A stretch of 64,000 bases of DNA. It comes from a virus (Duplodnaviria; Caudoviricetes). The stretch is taken from IMG/VR virus record IMGVR_UViG_3300028591_000121, positions 32,001 to 96,000 of that record. One strand, given 5' to 3'. The position numbers and the translations under genes are program-made. Within the stretch, counting starts at the first letter, position 1. The number at the start of each line of letters is the position of its first letter. Below, in pieces: positions 1 to 10,733 of the stretch. The notes below the pieces were generated by a model. It made no database searches and was not told the origin of the DNA. It saw only the letters and a program-made list of their open reading frames with translations.

Positions 1-327
1 AGGCAGCGAGTCCAGAATATACAGAGTCTCAAAGTCTACCGTAATACGATTAGCGGATTTGTCCCAGAAGATCAGACCGTAATCGTCGAGATTCTTCCTG
101 GCTCTCCTGAAGGAGTCCCTACTCATCCGCATAGACTTTTCGATATAGACCTCAGAAGGTCTGAACCCTTCATCCAGTTCTGTATAGAAAAGAAACAGCG
201 AGACAGCCTGAGCCTTGTTAGGCATCCTTCTCTTCTCCACAAGACTCTCAATCAGTTCGATCCGCTCTTCTTCAGAAGGACGGAATCCAACGAAGTGGAG
301 CTTCGGGGGTACTACGGATTTTCCCAA
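1..327 (-). CDS. Winged-helix DNA-binding protein, possible replication initiator (partial, runs off left edge)
   Basis: Manual translation from TTG at 327 after SD GAAAGGAG: MGKSVVPPKLHFVGFRPSEEE...GFRPSEVYIEKSMRMSRDSFRRARKNLDDYGLIFWDK...; wHTH-like pattern; absent from the ORF track because its stop is outside the window. Confidence 0.6.
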   Translation of the reverse strand, partial: MGKSVVPPKLHFVGFRPSEEERIELIESLVEKRRMPNKAQAVSLFLFYTELDEGFRPSEVYIEKSMRMSRDSFRRARKNLDDYGLIFWDKSANRITVDFETLYILDSLP

Positions 328-420
328 GAAGATAACTCCTTTCCGTATACAGATTACAGATATTCTGGAAAAGATAACCGGGAGATTACGAGAATCCGAA
401 GGCTAGTTTTTCTCCGGGTC

Positions 421-460
421 TCACTATATATAACGCTCCCTTTTTTTGACGATATTAACC
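421..460 (-). promoter_or_regulatory. Phage-specific promoter motif, copy 1 (GGTTAA-N19-CGTTATATA)
   Basis: Same motif and spacing at 17696 and 38012; all copies point into downstream genes. Confidence 0.7.
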
Positions 461-491
461 TGAGCCTAGAAAAAATTTTCAGTATTAAGCA

Positions 492-906
492 GTTAGTCAT
501 GTCTAACATTTCTGCACCCTATATAACTAATAAGTACGGCGTTTATTTTCTCAGACCCTGTATCGAGTTAGTCATAACTAATAAAGTTGCACCCCATATA
601 TATAATACCCGGCTCGAATTCTCTCCGCCGGGTAGATCGAACTCTTACTCAGACCCGTATAAAAGTACTCAGATATAGTTAGATATGTCTAACAAAGTTG
701 CACCCTATAATATATAGGGGACTCACGATTTTACTCCTGACTCTGGAACGAGGGGCGAGTTAAGAGTGAGTCCCCGCCTGATAAAAGTTACGTCTAGGTA
801 TAATTACTCTGTGTATCTTTTATTTAACCCGCATAAGAATTATTTCTCTTTCCGCATAGAAAAATATTATGTATAGTAGTTAGATATAACTAACAATGTT
901 GCACCC
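492..906. repeat. Four iteron-like repeats GTTAG-N6-CTAAY-N6-GCACCC (492, 567, 678, 879); putative origin region
   Basis: Exact spacing conserved in 4 copies; copies 3 and 4 head a diverged ~200-bp duplication; AT-only tract near 1160-1205. Confidence 0.65.
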
Positions 907-1401
907 CATAATATATAAGGGGGACGAACAATTTTTACTAAAGCTCCGAAACAGGCAACGTTTGACGGAATTGTGAGTCCCCCGTCAATAGCTAGGTTTC
1001 GTTGACGAGAGACGTATCTTGAGAAGTACTTCGTATACGGATATTTTTTCTCAGAGAATATATTCCGCATAGATAAAATAATTTAAGATGCGTGGAGATA
1101 TTAATACAGCCTAGTAGGTCTTTAATAACCTAGTAGGCTGTTTTATTCGTTTACGCAGCTTTTAATATATAACGTATTATATAATATATATTAATATATA
1201 GTTATAGAGATGAGTGTACTAGGTAGATAGTACACCTCTATTTTTAGGTCAATTTTTAGAAGGATATTATATCGGGAGTCGATATAGAGATCCCAGCGTT
1301 AAAGACCTGGGTTCAGGGACGTAGGGTGTATGTTTTTCTATTCTGCGGAATTTAAGTCTTCAATCTAAATATAATAATTATAAACAGAATGTAAACAGAA
1401 G

Positions 1402-1410
1402 TTATCCACA
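1402..1410 (+). promoter_or_regulatory. Consensus DnaA box TTATCCACA
   Basis: Exact 9-mer in the long non-coding interval; single copy, could be chance. Confidence 0.4.
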
Positions 1411-1602
1411 GGGTTATAGGTATAGATTTATAGGTTTCAAAATTGGGAGAGGTGTTGGAATAGAACAGCCTGGGCCGATCCGCACGAAGAAATCTTTTAG
1501 GAACGTAAAAAGATATTTTGTTCCATTTGTGTCATACTATAGTTGCGGAAGGGCAAAGCCCTTCTAGCTAATGGCTTGCAACCTACTGCAAGAGGTACAC
1601 AC

Positions 1603-2091
1603 ATGAACACATTCAAGACTGCAATCGAATCTTCCAAGCTCTTCACTATCCGCACGACAACCGGAACGACTAACGGCAAGGCATGGACCAAGGAAAGTGC
1701 CGTTGCTACTGCTGACGGCAAAAAGGCAATCAAAGAAGCTATGGCATCACTTCTCAATCATGACGGCGCGGGACTTGTCCCCGTGATGGCTGACCTTGGC
1801 GTGACGGCGTCCGCCGTGGAGTGCCATCGTGCTTTCCTGACCGCCTGCAAGGCTACCAAGCAGGATGATGATTCTATGGTCATCCTGCTCCGTGGCGATG
1901 GCGTGCACTCTGTCTCCAAGCTGATTCCCGTGATGTACGCACTTTTGGCAAAGGACGGCAAGGTTAACATCGTAGGCAAGAAGAGCGAGACGCTCCGTGG
2001 ACGGCTTGCCGACGCAGAAAAGAAGGCAACTAAGCTTGAGGCTCTGCTCAAGGCTCATCCCGAGCTTGCTGCAGAACTCGCCACCCTGTAA
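1603..2091 (+). CDS. First early gene, hypothetical protein with C-terminal coiled coil
   Basis: ATG at 1603 after AGAGGT; followed by an intrinsic terminator. Confidence 0.75.
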   Translation: MNTFKTAIESSKLFTIRTTTGTTNGKAWTKESAVATADGKKAIKEAMASLLNHDGAGLVPVMADLGVTASAVECHRAFLTACKATKQDDDSMVILLRGDGVHSVSKLIPVMYALLAKDGKVNIVGKKSETLRGRLADAEKKATKLEALLKAHPELAAELATL

Positions 2092-2094
2092 TGG

Positions 2095-2121
2095 GAAGCC
2101 CTTCGGGGCTTCTCTTTTTTT
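2095..2121 (+). terminator. Rho-independent terminator
   Basis: GAAGCCC-TTCG-GGGCTTC followed by a T-tract. Confidence 0.85.
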
Positions 2122-2282
2122 GGGCGTTTCTCCAGGAGCGATCTTGGAGATTCGCCTTATTTTTCGTCTGTTTTTTTCTGTCTCCGTTTTCGCTTCCGAA
2201 ACGGGGATGGACAAAAGCAGATGGGCTTCCGTCTGCTACATTTTTTATTTTAGGCGGTAACTCCGCCGGAAAGAGGTTCATT

Positions 2283-2585
2283 ATGGCTACTACTATCTTT
2301 TCTCTGATTGAAACCCTGACCTATAAGGTCAACACCATCGATGTTTGCAGAGACAATCATATGCTGACCGACTCCGACAAGGAGGGGATTCAGCAGAGGG
2401 CTAACGTTGCCCTCGTCAACGTCGTCGAGGCGGTCGAAAATGACCCTGTGCTCTCTCTGAACAGCGAAGCGATCTTCTCTCTTGTGAACACAATCATCGA
2501 GGGGATCGGGGACGGATATTATGCCGTCTACACCAAATACCTCGGCGAGGGTGGGAGATGGGAGATCAAGCGTCGTGGCGAGTAA
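2283..2585 (+). CDS. Early hypothetical protein
   Basis: ATG after GGAAAGAGG; TAA stop. Confidence 0.75.
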   Translation: MATTIFSLIETLTYKVNTIDVCRDNHMLTDSDKEGIQQRANVALVNVVEAVENDPVLSLNSEAIFSLVNTIIEGIGDGYYAVYTKYLGEGGRWEIKRRGE

Positions 2586-2750
2586 CTCCCAACGGGGAGA
2601 GTCAAATCCACTGGCTCTCCCCTTCCCCTGTCCTTTTTTTCGTATCCATTTCTCTCTGTCTCTGCTCGTCAGGGACAGAGACAAGTGGATATTCGTCTGT
2701 CCACTAATAAAAATATGTGTGTGGGTTACCCACACGGAAAGAGGTTCACT

Positions 2751-3038
2751 ATGACAAACAAGCGTGCACTAGCTCTCGTTGAATCCATCCTTGACCCCCT
2801 GTACAACGGGTCTGCTCCGACTGAAGAACAGCTGAACTCGGTTCTCCACGAGTTCGGAGTGACTTGCCCTGAAGACGAAAAGAATTCGTTCTGGGGCAAG
2901 GCTCTCCTCGAAACCATCGAGAGAGAGTATCAGACGAGAGTAACCTTCGCAAAGGGTACATACCGTCTCTTCGATTATGACGAGGATGGGCGGTATATCG
3001 ACCTGAATCAGCCTCTGGAAGAAGGTGACGATGAGTAA
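2751..3038 (+). CDS. Early hypothetical protein
   Basis: ATG after GGAAAGAGG; TAA stop. Confidence 0.75.
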   Translation: MTNKRALALVESILDPLYNGSAPTEEQLNSVLHEFGVTCPEDEKNSFWGKALLETIEREYQTRVTFAKGTYRLFDYDEDGRYIDLNQPLEEGDDE

Positions 3039-3208
3039 TATCTTCCGCTTTTCTCTCGACGGGATACGAGCCAGAAGACCCGTATCCCGTCTCTTTTGCG
3101 TGTCTATTTTCTTGTGTTCCTGCGAGTCAGGGACACACGAAAGTAGACATTTACTTTGTCTGCTTAATATTTTGTGTCGGTTTAACCGACGGAAAGGACG
3201 GTACTCAC

Positions 3209-3541
3209 ATGAAGTACTATTTCTTCGAAGAGGTCTCCTTGACCTTGATCAACTTTGCTCTCCGCTCTATCGGTGAACGGTCTGCTCGTGACACGTTCCC
3301 TCTGGAGACACGGACTCTCACGATTACCCATCGTAAGCCCCTGAAGAAGTGGGGTGACACCCTGATCATCACGATCTACGGTGATCGTACCGATTCCGAG
3401 GTCGAAATGACCGTGGAAACCAAGGATTTCCCTGTCGAGGATATCCTCGCTGATAGGGTTATCTGGTATTTCCTCGGATTGGATGGACTCGAAAATGTAA
3501 AGTCCATCGAACTGAACGAAACAAGTGAGGTGATTATCTGA
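3209..3541 (+). CDS. Early hypothetical protein
   Basis: ATG after GGAAAGG; TGA stop. Confidence 0.75.
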   Translation: MKYYFFEEVSLTLINFALRSIGERSARDTFPLETRTLTITHRKPLKKWGDTLIITIYGDRTDSEVEMTVETKDFPVEDILADRVIWYFLGLDGLENVKSIELNETSEVII

Positions 3542-4309
3542 TCTTATCTGATCTGATTTTCCATTCTGCTTTCGTTCTCTCCGAGTCTGTCTCCGCTTCC
3601 TGTTCCCTTTGAGTCTGTGTGTTAACTCAAGTCATGTCTGTCCGAGAGAGCACCGTAAGAGATTACACCGCTGTCTTACAGATGTAGACTAAGTTAACTA
3701 AGACTTCTGTGTGTATCTATATATCTGTTTACTATCCCGTATATAAATACTTATATATGTATACGGGTATAAAAATGAAAGGATGGTTATTTATTATGAT
3801 GCTATTTACGGATGTTTGTTATAGCGGTTACTTCCGCCTCCCTCTTTTGTGTCTTGCGTTTATCCTCAACTATTTCCCTTTTGTCGAAGATTTCTCTCAG
3901 GGGATTCGCATCTACAACGAGAAAGGGGAATTCCTCTTCTCTCTTGGGATGGTGCAAACGGATCTCAAGCAAAGCACCAATGACGTGTTTGGATGTAGGA
4001 ATTCCACGGATACTCTGATTTTCTCCAATAATGGGGAAATAGAAGTATCCGTCTGTGCGGAAATTCCGTCCGTTGCAGATAAAATGCGGAAAATTTGGCA
4101 ATACTGCCGTAAGAATAATATTAATACGGCAGATATGTATATGGATTCTTTTAGCAGAAATACTCTGCATAGAATCCTGATTACGGAATGTCAATGTGAT
4201 GATTGGGAATCTGAACAGTGGGAAGTAATTGGGATGCTCAAACAGGCAACTATCCCACAGTAATTCTGTCAGCAATTTCTCTGTAACCCGATGGAAATGT
4301 GATTGTCGC

Positions 4310-4371
4310 AAAACGTGTTTCTCGTAAAAACGTGTTTCTCGTAAAAACGTGTTTCTCGTAAAAACGTGTTT
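4310..4371. repeat. Tandem repeat of 17-bp unit AAAAACGTGTTTCTCGT (~3.7 copies)
   Basis: Direct reading; no spacers. Confidence 0.9.
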
Positions 4372-4413
4372 GTCACAATTTCCGTCGGGAATTTTTATGA
4401 AAGGAGAGTTTCT

Positions 4414-5533
4414 ATGTTTGAGTATGAACTTTGTCAGGACTCGTCATGCTTCTTGATCGATCTTTGTCGTGGATCGATCGGATCATGGCGGAAAGCCCGT
4501 GCGGAATTCCAGAGCAGAGGATACCACGGACAATACCTGCTGATTCGTAGGTCTTATTCGTGCGGAAATTTTAAGATCTGGAATATCAACATCTGATATT
4601 TCCGTTCGGAGGTTTCAGAGTAGGGAGCGATTAATGCGGAATCTTAATAATCGCTCCCCTCTTTGAGATCTCGGAAGAGTCTCAAATAAATATAAGGAGG
4701 CCGTTTACTATGGCAACCGCAAAAATGTTCTTCACAGTTCTCGTTCTCAACAACGAGAACACCCCAGTCAACAGAGGATACATCGAAGTATCCTCAGACC
4801 TGAAGTCCACTGATATATTCCGTGAACTTCGTCGCCAGAATTTCGTAACTCGGAATTTCGCACTTGAAATCATCTGGAAAAACGGTATCGCAACCGTCAC
4901 GATGTCCGGTCTGATCGACGATGACGGACAGAAGATCTGGAACTGTGCTTCGGTTGAAATCTGTCAGCTGAAGCGGATTCTTCCTGCTACAACGAGAAAG
5001 GCGGTGGCTTAATATGGCAAAGTTTTATATGAAGCCAGAACTGGAAGAAAAGGATGGTCATCTATTCAGTTTTAACGGTCTGGAAATTTCCTTTACCGTT
5101 AAGAGTCACGACCTTAACGGCAACCCCGTTCTCAAGGTTTTCGATAAATGGGGGAACTATGCATATGTCAAAGGAAGCGATGCGTATAGGTATTCATATG
5201 ACTACGACAAGTATGTCGGCAGTATGGGCAGTCTTTATCGCTTCAAAAGTCGCTGTCCAGAGATGGATAGGCTTGAAGCCTATCGCATCCAGACTTTTGC
5301 GGAAGACATGGGGCTGACGATCGAAGAATCCGCAAAGACCATAGAAAATTGGGGCGGAAATATCTGGAAATTCTCCCCTGATACCGTCCGTATTGCGAAG
5401 GGAGTGAAGCTGTATGAGTGAACGAGAACGCCATCGTCGGTACAAGAACAAGAGGGGAAAAGTATCTCAGGATACTGGATGGGACTTATTTAAAGTCACC
5501 CTCTTTATCCTCGGCATGGAGACTTTGTTCTTC
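4414..5533 (+). other. Four small early hypothetical genes (4414-4596, 4710-5012, 5014-5421, 5414-5533)
   Basis: SD sites, close packing, TAA/TGA stops. Confidence 0.65.
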
Positions 5534-5651
5534 TTTATGATTTTCAGTAAATGAAGATCAAAGTCAGTTTAAGTTTGTTGCTATTTGGTCTGGAATTGAA
5601 CCAGATCGTTTTTATTTTGAGCGGAATATTCCGCAGAAAAGGAGATTTACT

Positions 5652-6521
5652 ATGAAGATCAGTGAAATCCGTAAGCAGTATCCAACCAAGACCTATGAGG
5701 ATCGTGAGCAGACCGTCAACAAGATCCTCGCTCACAAGGAGTCCATGACCGTAATTGAACGGTTGGTTCTCCTGTTTATCGTAATCATTAATTTCCACAC
5801 TGGCGGAAAGATTGCAGGAATTTATTCCTGCGACTCTTCGGCTCATGGGTGTTCATTCTGTCAGAAGATGAAAAAAGCTGCAGAAAATATCTGTCTGCTT
5901 ATTTGCGGACTCTGCTACGATTATGAGCAGGAAATTCGCCGTCCTGCTGTCTTTAAAGGACACAACTTGAACCGAATTATCCTTTCGTCTGTCCTTTTTA
6001 CAGTTGAAGAATGGAAACAGCGACCGATTAAACTGCACAAGGACGCAGAAGATAAAGTTCTCCGTATTAATTCGTCTGGAGATACGGAAAACTTAATCCA
6101 TGCGGAAAATATGCTCAATTTAAGCTATGCAAATCCAGAATTTGATGTCGGATATTGGGCAAAGAACGTTCCTGCTGTAGAAGAAGCCATCCATACGGTC
6201 GGCAAACCAGAAAATGTAAGATTCGTACAGTCTTCTTTAAAGATTGGATTCGAAGACGAGATGTCTCCAGAAGCTGATCTTTTGTTCACTGTTTATCCAG
6301 ATGTCGAGACTTGTCTGGAAGCAATCCGCAAAGGTGGGAAGCCTTGTAATGGTCGTAAATGTGAGGAATGCGGAAAGAAGTGTTACAAGAAGCCGGAAAA
6401 TGGCGGTTGGGAGAAAGGAAGTAATGTTTGCGAACTTCTCCGTTGTTCTGAAGCGGAACGGAAGCTGATCATGGAAGCATACCTCAAAGAAAAAGCTCGT
6501 CGTGAAGCTTTGAACAAGTAA
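5652..6521 (+). CDS. Gp88-like Cys-rich phage protein
   Basis: CSFC/CGLCY, LRINSSGD, YWAKN and C-terminal CNGRKCEECGKKCY. Confidence 0.6.
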   Translation: MKISEIRKQYPTKTYEDREQTVNKILAHKESMTVIERLVLLFIVIINFHTGGKIAGIYSCDSSAHGCSFCQKMKKAAENICLLICGLCYDYEQEIRRPAVFKGHNLNRIILSSVLFTVEEWKQRPIKLHKDAEDKVLRINSSGDTENLIHAENMLNLSYANPEFDVGYWAKNVPAVEEAIHTVGKPENVRFVQSSLKIGFEDEMSPEADLLFTVYPDVETCLEAIRKGGKPCNGRKCEECGKKCYKKPENGGWEKGSNVCELLRCSEAERKLIMEAYLKEKARREALNK

Positions 6522-6606
6522 TTCGGCAGATACACATAAAGGGGACGAAACTCTCGTCCCTTTTAGTGTGTCTACGGACACAAATATTATGAAAGGAGTT
6601 GTGACT

Positions 6607-7230
6607 ATGAGCACAACAAAGAAAATCCTCGTAGCTTGCGAGGAATCACAGGCGGTCTGCAAAGCTTTCCGCAAACTTGGTGCGGAAGCTTATAGTGCAG
6701 ACATTCAAAGCTGTTCTGGAAGCCATCCAGAATGGCACATCAAAGGGGACGTTCTTCCTCTTCTGAATGGCGGACTGTTCAGGACTCAGGATGGGAAAGT
6801 ACACAAGGTGGATCATTGGGATCTAATAATAGCCCATCCGCCGTGTACTTATCTTACTCGATGCGGAGCAACGCATATGTATCCGCACGGACAACTGAAT
6901 CAGGAACGGTATCAGAAAGGACTTGAAGGTCGGAAGTTCTTCATGTCCTTTTTCAATTGCTCCGCTTCTCATCTCTGTATTGAGAATCCTACTCCATTGC
7001 GGATTTTTGAACTCCCCAAGGAATCCCAAGTCGTTCAACCCTTCGAATACGGAAATCCGTACACGAAACGGACTCTCCTATGGTTGAAGGGACTGCCGGA
7101 ACTCAAACCTACGAACATCGTCGACCCAATCGGCAGTTGGGTAGCGATGCATAAGACCCCTAAGCAGAGGTCAAAGACTTTTAGCGGAATTGCGGAAGCT
7201 ATGGCTTCCCAGTGGTTACCGCTGATTTAA
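6607..7230 (+). CDS. Short phage-type DNA (cytosine-5) methyltransferase
   Basis: ILVACEES, AHPPCTYL (catalytic PC), IENP, QPFEYG, KRTLLW, RSKTFSGIAEAMA. Confidence 0.85.
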   Translation: MSTTKKILVACEESQAVCKAFRKLGAEAYSADIQSCSGSHPEWHIKGDVLPLLNGGLFRTQDGKVHKVDHWDLIIAHPPCTYLTRCGATHMYPHGQLNQERYQKGLEGRKFFMSFFNCSASHLCIENPTPLRIFELPKESQVVQPFEYGNPYTKRTLLWLKGLPELKPTNIVDPIGSWVAMHKTPKQRSKTFSGIAEAMASQWLPLI

Positions 7231-7624
7231 GAAAGGAGAATCGGCATGACATGTAACTGGTTGACAACTAACGAGACAGAGAAAGTCCTCACATGCGGAG
7301 CAAACTTTGGCATTCCTCGCTCCGTAACTCGTCAGGCAATCGCTGCGTACTTTGAACGGGATGCGGAAAAATTCGACGATCTGCTCAGTGAATGGGCAGA
7401 TCAGGAAGCTGTCGAAGCGGTGGCAAATAAGTTGATGGAGTATACGAAGGGAGATTAATTATGGCACTTACTTGTAAGGACTGTCCTTATTGTTACAGGA
7501 CGGAAGATGACAAATATCCTTGCTGTCATTTTGAATCCCTAGGAGAGTGGGATAAAGCCCCGTGTGAATATGACGATGAGCCGGAAGAAGAGCCGGAAGA
7601 TTACAGCTATTTGGAGGAGTAAGT

Positions 7625-8113
7625 ATGGCAAAAAGATTCGTTGTAACCCGTAAGGGAAATCGTATTACCCGTTCCAAGTACGGAGTGGGCAAAGTCATGT
7701 GCTTTTGTGTGTATGCACACAAGAATTACGCACACAAGATTATCCCTATGGAAATCCTGATAAATGCGGAAGCTGTTCTGCATGAGAAGTATCCAGATTT
7801 CCAGTACAACTGTCTGAAATATGACACCAATACTCAGACGGTCAGCTTTCAGGAAGGGGCAGACTTTGACACTGCCCGTGAACCCGTTGTCGGGGACTAT
7901 GTTTCGGTTTTCCCTGACGGAAAGACTCGGAAAGGACATAGCGACTATATTTGGCATCATAAATGGCTCTGGGTCATGGACGATTACAAAGGCTTCGACG
8001 TTGAAGCCTCTTTTAATTGGAGTCAGAAGTGGCTGTCAGTACTGACGGAAACTGCGGACGGCAACGGTATTCAGAGATGGAAAGCCCAACTTAAAAGGTT
8101 CGGGCTTGAATAA
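7625..8113 (+). CDS. Protein resembling the C-terminal domain of the phosphorothioation-associated putative methyltransferase
   Basis: VGKVMCFCVYAHK, VSFQEGADFDTAREP, IWHHKWLWV resemble recalled GK..LYxH / SFLxYPDFD / ILHRKE motifs. Confidence 0.5.
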   Translation: MAKRFVVTRKGNRITRSKYGVGKVMCFCVYAHKNYAHKIIPMEILINAEAVLHEKYPDFQYNCLKYDTNTQTVSFQEGADFDTAREPVVGDYVSVFPDGKTRKGHSDYIWHHKWLWVMDDYKGFDVEASFNWSQKWLSVLTETADGNGIQRWKAQLKRFGLE

Positions 8114-8131
8114 GAAAGGAGATCAAAACTT

Positions 8132-8671
8132 ATGGCACAGCGTTACACGAGTAAGGACACATCGGTAAACACGGGAAAACTCCCCTTCCTCTTCTCTCAT
8201 CTGGAATCCCTAATTGGTAAGGCAGAAAAGCCAGACCATTACATTCTCGATATCGGATGCGGGAAAGAGACCGCCCATATCCGTGAAAAAGTGAAGTCTC
8301 TTGGATGGGGCTACATTGGATATGACCCCTACAATCAGGACGAAGACGAACAGGGCGTTGCTCGTCTTGCTATGGCTCTCTTCCCTATCTCGATTGCAAC
8401 GCTATCCAACGTTGTGAATGTGATCGATGATGATCAGGCAATGTTGGATGCCATCCGTATGGGAATCTACAATACTGCGTCCCATACCGTTCTGGTAACT
8501 ATCTATGAGGGAGATCGGACGGGAATTGGTCGTGTCACTAAGCGTGACTGTTATCAGCGGAATATGAAGAGGAAGGATTACCTTCCTCTTTTCAAATCCG
8601 CTGGACTCTATGCAATGCGGATTCCCAACGGGTTCGCACTGTCGGATGTACCCTTCAAGAAAAATATCTGA
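8132..8671 (+). CDS. SAM-dependent methyltransferase
   Basis: ILDIGCGK motif I, GYDPY, LSNVVNVI, IYEGDRTG..YQRN. Confidence 0.75.
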   Translation: MAQRYTSKDTSVNTGKLPFLFSHLESLIGKAEKPDHYILDIGCGKETAHIREKVKSLGWGYIGYDPYNQDEDEQGVARLAMALFPISIATLSNVVNVIDDDQAMLDAIRMGIYNTASHTVLVTIYEGDRTGIGRVTKRDCYQRNMKRKDYLPLFKSAGLYAMRIPNGFALSDVPFKKNI

Positions 8672-8684
8672 GAGGAGAATTGGT

Positions 8685-10731
8685 ATGACAAATTATGACG
8701 GCATCAGAGTCGGTCAGTTGATCGACAATCCTGAATTTAGTTTTAATGCCCCGTTCAGAATCTGCGAATATGTGGACACGACAACAGAAGAAGTCCTGAA
8801 GAATGGAGATGAACTGACAGGCGAGACGATTGTCTGGTATGACGATGCCAAAGACAAAAAGGATATCCCTGAAGACATCAAGCGGAGATGGATATCTGCA
8901 ATCAACATTGGGGATGACGGCGTTTTGGAAATTGAGTTTGTCCGGCTTTACGGAGAAGACTATCCGGCATAATTGAAAGGAGAATTGATTATGAATTGGT
9001 TGCCTATTGAATCTGGAAAAAGCGATTGGCTGTATTCCGGCAACGACAAGCAGGATTCGGAGCGTCGTTGTATTGGACATCTCCGTGGAGACTTCGGGAG
9101 AAGCGGGAAAGAGTTCTGGACGAGCTGGTTTGATCACGAAATGATCCTCAAGACTCAAGAATTCCGTGAGGAGTTTAACGAAGTCGTGGACGAACTTCGT
9201 GAAGGTTTACTCAGTGACTTCTATACCATGTATAAGGAATCCAGAACGGGACTTCTCCTTGAGAGAGATGAATACGGATTCCGTTCGGAATCTGAGCACT
9301 TCATTTACTGTCTTCGTTGCATCCCCAGAAAGGGAGACTACAACTTCTATATCTATTGTTACGACAAGGGGGTTAACTAAGATGGATGTTATTCGAATCT
9401 ATGGAGCGGATGAACAAGAATATCAGAATCTTGCTCGTGTTGCCCGTATCATGACTGCCCGTTCTCTGAACGGTACAAGATTTGAAGTCGGAGTTACCTA
9501 CTTTGACTTTGGGCAGGACTGGCGTTGGACAACCATCCTTGCCTACAAACAGGACAACGGCAGTTTCCAGTCCCTGACTCCTGCGGAACAGGAAAAAATT
9601 GTGACCGCAAATCCTGATGATCTTGAAACGGTCACTCAGGAACTGATGGACAAGTGTGAGAAGGAATATCCTCGCCTTTATTCCTTCCGTAAAGGCAAGA
9701 AAAAGTGGAAGGTTACCTATACGAGAACCGAATCCACGACGTTCACAGTAGAAGCGGATGACGAGGATGAAGCTCGTGAGGAAGCAGACCATTATGTGGA
9801 TGATCACAATGTGGAACTGGAAGAAGAGATGTGCGACAACGATTACATCTGTAGTTTCAGCGATATTAAGGAGGAAAAGTAAGATGGCAAAGCAGTATAT
9901 TGTGTCAGTTGGTAGAAGACCCTTCCAGATCACCGACAAGAAGGATAGAGCAATCGAAATAGCAAAGGATTGCTCCGCTCTGTACTGGAATACAGAGTGC
10001 AAAGTTTGCCATGCAAACTGGAATCAGGTCAAAGGAACGCCGATCTTTATGAATGGCATGAAGATTGATCTGGAAAAGATGACAAAGATTGGCGAACAGT
10101 ATCTGTTCGTCAGCAAGAACAGAAATGTACTCGGACAGCTGCACATTACCGTAATCACATTCAATGAGAACGGACTTCAGTACTACCTGACAGCCGATCT
10201 CTTCGGAAATAAAGACTACCCGGAAAATTGTTCCGCAATTTATAACTACGCAGTACCGATTATCGAGAAACTCGGTATCGGGAAGGAAACCCCTGATATG
10301 GTCAGAGACGGAGACGAGTTCTATCCCGTCTATGAGTTTGACATGAGCAAGTTGCCCATGTATACGGAAGGGGGTGAGGAATAATGTTCGCAGATCTAGC
10401 AGTAGCAATTGTAGAGCAGGCCGCAAGGGATTACATGACTGCAAAAAAGTACCTGATCGCACATAATTGTCCAGAGGACTTGGTGAAGCTTCGCCGTGAA
10501 GCCGTGAGCAAGTACAATACGGCTCGTTTGTACGGGGATGGTGCAGGAATGCATCATTACCGCATTCTGATCGATCAGTATGATATGTTTGCAAGAAGAC
10601 AGGAAGTCGTTGATGAAATCAGCGACTTTTTTCTTGACGGAAATCTTTCCATGTATGTAGATACGCCGGGAGAAAAGCTTCTGGAAGGTATCGAAGCAAA
10701 GATAAGCCGTAAGGCAAAGAAAGGAGCATAA
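8685..10731 (+). other. Five hypothetical genes (8685-8972, 8991-9380, 9382-9882, 9884-10384 with DUF4313-like C-terminus, 10384-10731)
   Basis: SD sites and abutting ORFs; IGHLRGDFG...GDYNFYIYCY family is common in Firmicutes mobile elements. Confidence 0.65.
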
Positions 10732-10733
10732 GT

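Noticed and set aside
215-1070. ORF-track entries 215-406, 295-678 and 867-1070
   Set aside because: They are antisense to the real minus-strand gene or lie in repeat-rich non-coding DNA and lack SD sites.
4310-4371. CRISPR array
   Set aside because: Contiguous tandem units with no spacers; the Cas4-like nuclease at 25326 sits in a replication module with no other cas genes.
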